A stretch of 64,000 nucleotides of DNA from Vulcanimicrobiota bacterium. Its GTDB lineage: Bacteria > Vulcanimicrobiota > Xenobia > Xenobiales > JADMJV01. Numbering within the stretch: the first letter of the stretch is position 1; every line of letters starts with the position of its first letter. Below are positions 57,853 to 64,000 of the stretch, in pieces. The DNA lies in NCBI GenBank assembly GCA_050250895.1, contig JBFWNU010000001.1, positions 1,192,008 to 1,256,007 of the forward strand, read 5' to 3'. The notes under the pieces are model-generated. The model was given only the letters and a program-made list of their open reading frames with translations. It searched no databases and was not told where the DNA came from. The position numbers were made by a program, and so were the translations under genes.

Positions 57853-58632
57853 TTAGGAAACAACCTCCTCGGCTTGGTGGTGGACGATGCGGCCAAAGCT
57901 ATCGGCTTTGAGGCTCGCGCCGCCAACCAGGGCGCCGTCAATATTGGGTTTGGCCATCAGATGGTCGACATTGTCGGGTTTGACGCTGCCGCCATACAGG
58001 ATGCGAATCTGGCCGGCGATACGCTCGCCATACAGATCGGCCAGGGCTTGCCGAAGAGCCGCCATGGCTTGTTCGGCGTCCTCGGGGGTGGCGTTCTTGC
58101 CCGTCCCGATGGCCCACACCGGCTCGTAGGCTATCACCATTTTCGAGCCCGCGTCAAGACTGATGCCTGAAAGTCCGCCTTTGAGCTGACCCACGATGAC
58201 CTCGAGAGTCTTGCCCGCCTCGCGCTGTTCGAGGGTTTCGCCCACGCACAGCACCGGCACCAGGCCGTGGTTCAGAGCCGCCCCGACTTTCTTGCAGCAG
58301 GTCTCGTCACTTTCGTGAAATAACGCCCGGCGCTCGGAGTGGCCGATGAGCACGTGGGTGCACCCGATGTCTCGCAGCATGGGGGCCGAGACCTCGCCGG
58401 TGAAGGCGCCCCACTCTTCCCAATGCAGGTTCTGGGCCCCCAGGAAGAAGTTCATCTGGTTGGCCACTTTGGCGCCCACCTCTTGCAGCAGGTGGAAGGG
58501 CGGGCAGATCAGCACTTCGCGATCGGCCAGCTTGGGACAGGCGGCCAGCAACTCGTCGAGCATGTTGCCCGCCTCGCGGCGGGTCATATGCATCTTCCAG
58601 TTGGCTGCCATCAAAGGGGTACGGGTCATCAT
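57853..58632 (-). CDS. tpiA: Triosephosphate isomerase
   Basis: ANWKM, GAFTGEVS, IGHSERR, AYEPVWAIGTG, YGGSV, LVGGASL. Confidence 0.97.
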   Translation of the reverse strand: MMTRTPLMAANWKMHMTRREAGNMLDELLAACPKLADREVLICPPFHLLQEVGAKVANQMNFFLGAQNLHWEEWGAFTGEVSAPMLRDIGCTHVLIGHSERRALFHESDETCCKKVGAALNHGLVPVLCVGETLEQREAGKTLEVIVGQLKGGLSGISLDAGSKMVIAYEPVWAIGTGKNATPEDAEQAMAALRQALADLYGERIAGQIRILYGGSVKPDNVDHLMAKPNIDGALVGGASLKADSFGRIVHHQAEEVVS

Positions 58633-58638
58633 TCTCTC

Positions 58639-59835
58639 CTAATTTGCAATCGCCTGACGGGATTTGAGGGCAGCCACTCCGGGCAGCTCTTTGCCCTCCA
58701 TGAACTCGAGCGAAGCTCCGCCGCCGGTCGAGACGTGGGTAATCTGGTCGGCCAGGTTCATCTGACGCAGGGCCGCGGCCGAGTCGCCACCGCCGATACA
58801 AGAGACGGCACCCGAGCCGGCCACGGCGCGAGCGACTTCGAAGGTGCCCTGGTCAAAAGGCGGCACCTCGAACACGCCCATCGGTCCGTTCCAGAAAATG
58901 GTGCCGGCTGCCTGGCACTTTTCGCGGAAGGTGGCGATGGTCTTCGTTCCGATATCGAGCCCCATCGAGTCCGCCGGAATGGCCTCGATGCCGACCTCTT
59001 TGCGCTCTTGACCGGCGTCGAGATTGGGAGCCACGGCCACGTCTACCGGAAGCAAGAAGGTGGTTTCGTGTTCTTTGGCCTTGGCCAAAAGGTTGCGGGG
59101 CAGCTCGAGATCGGCTTCGCACAACGACTTGCCGATATCATGGCCCTGGGCCTTCAAGAACGAGAAGGCCATTCCGCCACCCACCAGCAGGGTGTCGGCT
59201 TTTTCGATCAGACAGTCGAGCACGCCCAGCTTATCAGAGACCTTGGCCCCACCCAGAACGGCCACGAAGGGCCGCTTGGGCGAGGTCAGCAGGCTGCCCA
59301 GCGCCTCGAGTTCGGAAGCCATCAAGAGGCCAGCCACTGCTGGCAGAAACTCGGTGACTCCGACCGTCGAGGCGTGGGCCCGGTGGGCCGCGCCGAAAGC
59401 GTCGTTGACATACACTTCGCCGAATTGGGCCAGAGCCTTGGCGAAGTCCGGATCGTTCTTCTTTTCACCGGGATGAAAACGCAGGTTTTCGAGCAGCAGA
59501 ACCCGGCCGGGCCCTAACTCGGCCACCATCTTCTCGACCTTGTCTCCAATGCAGTCCGGGGCCATGGCCACGGGTTGGCCCAACAGCTCGCTCAGTCGCT
59601 CGGCCACGGGGGCCAGCGACAGTTTGGGGTCGGGCGTGCCCTTAGGGCGACCCAGATGGGACATCAACACCAGGGTGGCGTTGCGCTCCAACAGATAGCG
59701 AAGGGTGGGCAGGGCGGCCACGATGCGATTGTCGTCTTTGACTTTGCCGTCTTTGACGGGGCAGTTGAAGTCGACACGCACCAGCACACGCTTGCCGTCG
59801 AGATTGAGATCGCGGATGGTGGCTCGAGTGATCAT
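58639..59835 (-). CDS. pgk: Phosphoglycerate kinase
   Basis: RVDFN, SHLGRP, LLENLRF, NDAFGAAHRAH, GGAKVSDK, WNGPMGVFE, STGGGASLE. Confidence 0.97.
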   Translation of the reverse strand: MITRATIRDLNLDGKRVLVRVDFNCPVKDGKVKDDNRIVAALPTLRYLLERNATLVLMSHLGRPKGTPDPKLSLAPVAERLSELLGQPVAMAPDCIGDKVEKMVAELGPGRVLLLENLRFHPGEKKNDPDFAKALAQFGEVYVNDAFGAAHRAHASTVGVTEFLPAVAGLLMASELEALGSLLTSPKRPFVAVLGGAKVSDKLGVLDCLIEKADTLLVGGGMAFSFLKAQGHDIGKSLCEADLELPRNLLAKAKEHETTFLLPVDVAVAPNLDAGQERKEVGIEAIPADSMGLDIGTKTIATFREKCQAAGTIFWNGPMGVFEVPPFDQGTFEVARAVAGSGAVSCIGGGDSAAALRQMNLADQITHVSTGGGASLEFMEGKELPGVAALKSRQAIAN

Positions 59836-59836
59836 G

Positions 59837-60856
59837 TTAGGCGGTCACCACCAGCTTGCGGCTGGCCATGAAGTTGAGCAGGTCGGCTACCCGGTTGGAG
59901 TAGCCCCACTCGTTGTCATACCAGGTGACGCACTTGACCATGTTGCCCATGGCCATGGTCGAGTCCATGTCGATGATGGACGAGGCCGGATTGCCTTTGA
60001 AGTCCATCGATACCAGCGGCTCGTTGCACACCTGCAGGATGCCTTTGAGCGCGCCATTGGCGGCGGCGGTGAAGGCTTCTTTGACCTGCTCGGTGGTGAC
60101 CTGGGCGTTCACGGTGCAGACGAAGTCGACGATGCTGACGGTCGGCGTCGGTACGCGCATGGCCATGCCGTCGAACTTGCCTTTCAGGTCGGGAATGACC
60201 AGGGCCACGGCTTTGGCGGCTCCGGTGCTGGTGGGGATGATGTTGAGAGCGGCGGCCCGAGCCCGGCGCATGTCGCTGTGGGGCAGGTCCAGGATCCGCT
60301 GGTCGTTGGTGTAGGCGTGAATGGTGGTCATGAAGCCCTGCTGGATGCCCCACTTGTCGTGGAGGACTTTGGCCGGGGGAGCCAGGCAGTTGGTGGTGCA
60401 GGACGCGTTGGAGATGATGTGGTGCTTATCGGGGTCATACTGGTCGTGGTTGACACCGAGCACCACGGTCAGGTCCTCGCCCTTAGCGGGAGCGCTGATG
60501 ACGACCTTCTTGGCGCCGGCCTGCATGTGCTTGCTGGCCCCGTCGCGACTGGTGAAGATACCGGTGGACTCGAGCACCATCTGGGCACCCATGTCGCCCC
60601 AGGGAAGGTTGGCGGGGTCGCGCTCGGCCAGAACTTTGATCTTCTTGCCGTTGATGACCAGGTGGTCACCGTCGACCGAAACGTCACCGTCGAACTTGCC
60701 ATAGTTGCTGTCATATTTGAACAGGTGGGCGTTCATCTCGGTGGAAACGAGGTCGTTGATCGCGACCACTTCGAGATCAGGATAGTTGTCCATGATCGCC
60801 TTGAGACTCTGACGGCCGATGCGGCCGAATCCGTTGATACCAATTTTGGTGGCCAT
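59837..60856 (-). CDS. gap: Type I glyceraldehyde-3-phosphate dehydrogenase
   Basis: [37 protein letters not shown]. Confidence 0.97.
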   Translation of the reverse strand: MATKIGINGFGRIGRQSLKAIMDNYPDLEVVAINDLVSTEMNAHLFKYDSNYGKFDGDVSVDGDHLVINGKKIKVLAERDPANLPWGDMGAQMVLESTGIFTSRDGASKHMQAGAKKVVISAPAKGEDLTVVLGVNHDQYDPDKHHIISNASCTTNCLAPPAKVLHDKWGIQQGFMTTIHAYTNDQRILDLPHSDMRRARAAALNIIPTSTGAAKAVALVIPDLKGKFDGMAMRVPTPTVSIVDFVCTVNAQVTTEQVKEAFTAAANGALKGILQVCNEPLVSMDFKGNPASSIIDMDSTMAMGNMVKCVTWYDNEWGYSNRVADLLNFMASRKLVVTA

Positions 60857-60956
60857 AATTTCCTCCTCAAACCCTTTGGGCCGCCTCGGCGGCCATTGCC
60901 CCGAATTTACCCGGGGGGAACAGGGCTTAAACCGGTTGCGCAGCGGTTTTCGGGGC

Positions 60957-61592
60957 CTAGAGGAGCTTGGCCACCATGATGGCCAGAGCCACCAGGCCGA
61001 TGGAGAAACCGGTGCTCACCACCAGGACCCCGCCCAGTAGGACGCCGGCCAGCACCATGGGGCTCTGGCGCTCGATCCAGGCCGTCTCGCAGACGCGGCC
61101 TGGAGGCTCGGCCTCGATGGTATCGAGCAGGTCGGCCATGCGTTCCATGGCCTGGCGCACATCCTCGATGGGAACGCCCGTCGGCGGGAGCATTCGGGTG
61201 ACGGTCAGGTGCTCGGGCCAGAGTCTGACCCCCCCGGTCGGCAGGGGCTGGTCAGCCAGGAGTCTCTCGGCCCAATCAGGCTCGGCCGCCCACGCCTCGA
61301 TGCCTTCGGGAGCCTTGCATGGACGGGTTCCGAACCAGCGATTGGTTTTGGCCAACCAGGCCTGAAACTTGCCGCCCCGGGGGGCCAGCACCAACCGCGA
61401 TTTGACCGGGGTGTCCATGATGATCTCTAGCTTGAGCCCCACCACGCTGCGGTTTCGCACTTCGCCGCCGCTGGTGCGAGTGCGAGCCGAGCAGTGGATG
61501 CGAGTGAACCGGCCGCGATAGTCACCCTCATAGTTGAGTCCGGCCAATCCCTGGCGGGGCTCCAGGCCTATTTCGTCGAGGGCATGCTTCAT
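60957..61592 (-). CDS. Hypothetical protein with C-terminal membrane anchor
   Basis: Overlaps the upstream gene by 4 nt. Hydrophobic C-terminal 30 aa. Confidence 0.6.
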   Translation of the reverse strand: MKHALDEIGLEPRQGLAGLNYEGDYRGRFTRIHCSARTRTSGGEVRNRSVVGLKLEIIMDTPVKSRLVLAPRGGKFQAWLAKTNRWFGTRPCKAPEGIEAWAAEPDWAERLLADQPLPTGGVRLWPEHLTVTRMLPPTGVPIEDVRQAMERMADLLDTIEAEPPGRVCETAWIERQSPMVLAGVLLGGVLVVSTGFSIGLVALAIMVAKLL

Positions 61593-61978
61593 TCGGGAGT
61601 GGGAAAATCGCTGGGCTTGAGAGCCAGAAATCCGTCCTGGTTGAGTTGGGGGAAGCCGGCTTCGGCTCCTGCCTCGGTGTAATCTCCGGCCGCCTTGAGC
61701 AGAAATCCGTCCTCGGTCTTGGAGTAGCCGAAGTCCTGGCCCGACGGGTCTTTGGGCAATTCCTCGAGGTAGGTCTTTTCACTGTTGGGCTTTTTTTCCA
61801 GCAGTTTGGCCAGGTTGTCGGGATAGCCCGAGTGGTCGACCGAGTACAGCTCGAGAGCGTTGAAGACGGCCTTCATTCGGTCCTGGCAGGTCTTGAGTTC
61901 GGTGGCGCCCATTTTCGGCTTGGAGCCGCAGCCGGTGAAGACCAGGGCAAGCCCTAGCATAAGGAGCAGTTTTCGCAT
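61589..61978 (-). CDS. GspG-like pseudopilin head domain on a lipoprotein signal peptide
   Basis: MRKLLLMLGLALVFTGC lipobox. ALELYSVDHSGYP..L..L...YLEELPKDPSG..F.Y is the GspG C-terminal pattern. Confidence 0.7.
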   Translation of the reverse strand: MRKLLLMLGLALVFTGCGSKPKMGATELKTCQDRMKAVFNALELYSVDHSGYPDNLAKLLEKKPNSEKTYLEELPKDPSGQDFGYSKTEDGFLLKAAGDYTEAGAEAGFPQLNQDGFLALKPSDFPTPE

Positions 61979-62084
61979 TACTGCCCATTTAGCCAACGCT
62001 TGGCGCGGCCCTGCGAGGGAGCGCAATTGGTCGGCACAATTATTGTGTTAGACAGTCTTCGTGCTGACTTTTAGCATGGTGGAT

Positions 62085-62204
62085 ATGCAGAGAAATATCA
62101 CTTTGAGGAGGCCCGAGCGGGGGCTCTCAGGGCCCTGGAGGACGGGCTACACCTGGGTGGTAAGCCTCTCACTCGCGAGCCCTGGACCTGATGGCCTGGC
62201 CTGA
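62085..62204 (+). pseudogene. Probable internally deleted ribbon-helix-helix antitoxin remnant
   Basis: One frame starts MQRNITL. An overlapping frame reads EEARAGALRALEDGLHLGGKPLTRE. Upstream TAGACA-17-TAGCAT promoter lies 7 nt before the ATG. Confidence 0.45.
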
Positions 62205-62263
62205 CCGGGAGTTCACATTCTGTTCTCTTGCCGGTAACAGCCGGACGGCAACATGGTGGCGTT

Positions 62264-62608
62264 GTGAACACCATCGGTTGTGCTCAGACCAGCCGCACCT
62301 ATGCGGACCTGGATCGGGCTCTGCAGACTTACTACACCGTGCGCGGGGTCGACTATCCCATCGGCCTCGATGACCGCTTCCGCCATGCTAGCAGCGCCGA
62401 CCTTTTGAGCGACCCGCTCAGGGCCTGCGACAACCTCAAGCAGATCGCCAAGAACGTGGCCGTTTACGAGATGTTCAGCAGTGGCGACACAGTGGTCGAG
62501 AAGGCCACTTCGGTGGGCATGCCGGTGGACGTCTTCGAATCGGTGATGAACTTGCAAAAGAGCACCCTGGCGGTCGGCGACCTCAACGGTTGGAACCTGC
62601 TGGCTTGA
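62264..62608 (+). CDS. Hypothetical protein, possibly a gene fragment
   Basis: Open frame with host-like codon usage, start uncertain. Confidence 0.45.
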   Translation: MNTIGCAQTSRTYADLDRALQTYYTVRGVDYPIGLDDRFRHASSADLLSDPLRACDNLKQIAKNVAVYEMFSSGDTVVEKATSVGMPVDVFESVMNLQKSTLAVGDLNGWNLLA

Positions 62609-62615
62609 GGACGGG

Positions 62616-63005
62616 CTACCAATACACCCGCAAAGACTTGAAATGCCGGAAGGCAGCGTCACAACTGACCAGATAGTGGTTCCCATTGATCGCCTGGGCG
62701 GCTAATATGCGGTCGAAAGGGTCTGGGTGCTGACAGTCCCAGAGCCCGGCCAGCGCCGCGTCGTCTCCTCCGACCGTTAGTAACTTGGCGTTAAGTTTAG
62801 CCAGGGTCAGTTGCCAACTGTTCACCAGGGTGTCCGGCACGTTCAGTTTGCCGATTCGGATCTTGGTGGCGATTTCGAAAATCGAAATGCTCGACACAAG
62901 TAGCTCATTCTTGGGTTCGCTCAGTGTGATTCGAGCTGGCTCAGATAGTTTGAGAGGCTCAGCCACGGCCCAGAGTAGCGCGTGGGTATCGAGGAGGTAG
63001 CTCAT
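62616..63005 (-). CDS. vapC: PIN-domain (VapC-type) toxin
   Basis: YLLDTHALLW, SSISIFEI..K...GKL, HPDPFDRILAAQA, LVSCD. ATGA overlap with the antitoxin. Confidence 0.9.
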   Translation of the reverse strand: MSYLLDTHALLWAVAEPLKLSEPARITLSEPKNELLVSSISIFEIATKIRIGKLNVPDTLVNSWQLTLAKLNAKLLTVGGDDAALAGLWDCQHPDPFDRILAAQAINGNHYLVSCDAAFRHFKSLRVYW

Positions 63006-63232
63006 TCTCCTTCCCAAGCCCGCAACTCGTCCTCAGGCAGAGGGTCGAAGATTTCTTCTCCCACCGAGAACTGCCCGCTCATCCAACCGAGTTCTCGCTT
63101 AGGCTCAGGCTGAACAGGAACCAACCGAACGTAGGGTTTACCGGCCTTGGCTATAATGATCTCCTCGCCCTGGTGGGCGCGTTCCAGGAGGCGTGAAAGG
63201 TGGGTTTTCGCTTCGTGCACGTTGTACTGCAT
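63002..63232 (-). CDS. Phd/YefM family antitoxin
   Basis: NVHEAKTHLSRLLERAHQGEEIIIAKAGKPYVRLVP. Confidence 0.92.
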   Translation of the reverse strand: MQYNVHEAKTHLSRLLERAHQGEEIIIAKAGKPYVRLVPVQPEPKRELGWMSGQFSVGEEIFDPLPEDELRAWEGE

Positions 63233-63236
63233 GGGG

Positions 63237-63269
63237 TTAGTCTAGGCTTGCGGACTAAGGTTGTCAACC
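63237..63269 (-). promoter_or_regulatory. TA promoter with overlapping operator palindromes
   Basis: TTGACA (63267-63262), 17-nt spacer, TAGACT (63244-63239), 6 nt before ATG. Inverted repeats TTAGTC-N10-GACTAA and GGTTG-T-CAACC overlap it. Confidence 0.7.
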
Positions 63270-63316
63270 GGAGGGGTAATGTCCGGGCCACGCCTTGGTC
63301 TGAATCGCCCACCGCA

Positions 63317-64000
63317 TCACAGCACCAGCGAGGCGGCCCAGGCCGACAAGAGGCCCACCACGCCCAGAATAGTGGTCAGGGTGGTCCAACTCTGCAAGGT
63401 CTCGGTTTCGGAAAGGCCCAGGTATTCTTTGACCAGCCAGAAGCCGGAGTCGTTGAAGTGCGAGCAGGCAGTGGCGCCAGCTGCGATGGCGATGGTGAGA
63501 AGGGCCGGGTCGGCGTCGGGGATGGAGGGCAGGAGGGGGGCCACGAAACCGGCCGCGGTCAGCATGCTGACGGTGGCCGAGCCTTGCGACACGCGCACCA
63601 GCAAGGCCACCAGAAAGGCGAACAGCACGGGGGACAAGCCCAGGCCCATCACCGCCTGGGCCAACTCTTTGCCGATGCCCGTCTCACCCAGAATCTGTTT
63701 GAAGACCCCGCCAGCCCCGGTCACCAGGATGATCATGCCCACCGGTTCGAGACCGCGGGTAGCCGCCTCGCGCACCTGATCGAGGGTCTTGCCGCGTCCA
63801 ACTCCGAGGGTGAGAAAGGCAGCCAGGGTGGCCAGAATCAGGGCCGTGAAGGGGTGACCCAAGAACGAGAAGACGGTGGCCACGGTCGTGTCCGGCAGCA
63901 GGGCGGCCGAGGCGGTGTTGGCCACGATGAGCACCAGGGGAATGGCCACCAGGCCGAAGACCAGAGCGAACGACGGTAGCTCGGCGGGTTCTTCCTCGGG
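63317..64000 (-). CDS. GntP family gluconate:H+ permease, 5'-truncated by window edge
   Basis: ILVTGAGGVFKQIL, RVSQGSATV, SHFNDSGFW, ETLQSWT. Frame stays open to position 64000. Confidence 0.9.
   Translation of the reverse strand, partial: PEEEPAELPSFALVFGLVAIPLVLIVANTASAALLPDTTVATVFSFLGHPFTALILATLAAFLTLGVGRGKTLDQVREAATRGLEPVGMIILVTGAGGVFKQILGETGIGKELAQAVMGLGLSPVLFAFLVALLVRVSQGSATVSMLTAAGFVAPLLPSIPDADPALLTIAIAAGATACSHFNDSGFWLVKEYLGLSETETLQSWTTLTTILGVVGLLSAWAASLVL

Noticed and set aside
58339-60979. Long plus-strand ORFs (392 and 424 aa)
   Set aside because: Antisense to pgk and gap, which are unambiguous.

Overview
GC-rich, densely coding bacterial chromosomal segment. I found no phage, integrase, transposase or CRISPR array. 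It mostly carries core functions: a glucose-type PTS pair, a FAAL, PilC, YchF, an oversized GlmS, three tRNAs, fabI, ispE, an EF-G paralogue, iscS-mnmA and gap-pgk-tpiA-secG. It ends in a small toxin-antitoxin region. The centrepiece is a ~20 kb outer-membrane/lipid A cluster (22.5-42.4 kb) with several atypical parts: a BamB-like propeller, a 3-POTRA BamA, four Skp/OmpH-like genes (three predicted lipoproteins), and two complementary incomplete LpxD paralogues. It also has lpxC, fabZ, a GnnA-like dehydrogenase behind a five-hairpin leader, lpxA, three LpxB-fold glycosyltransferases, an ICMT/LmtA-like methyltransferase and a GNRE-type metallophosphoesterase. No lpxH, lpxI, lpxK or kdtA is present in the window. 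This gene content suggests a diderm Terrabacteria lineage (e.g. Eremiobacterota/Armatimonadota-like; inference only) with a non-canonical lipid A pathway. All calls come from reading motifs by eye, and no database searches were run. Several starts were moved from the ORF track to better-supported downstream codons.
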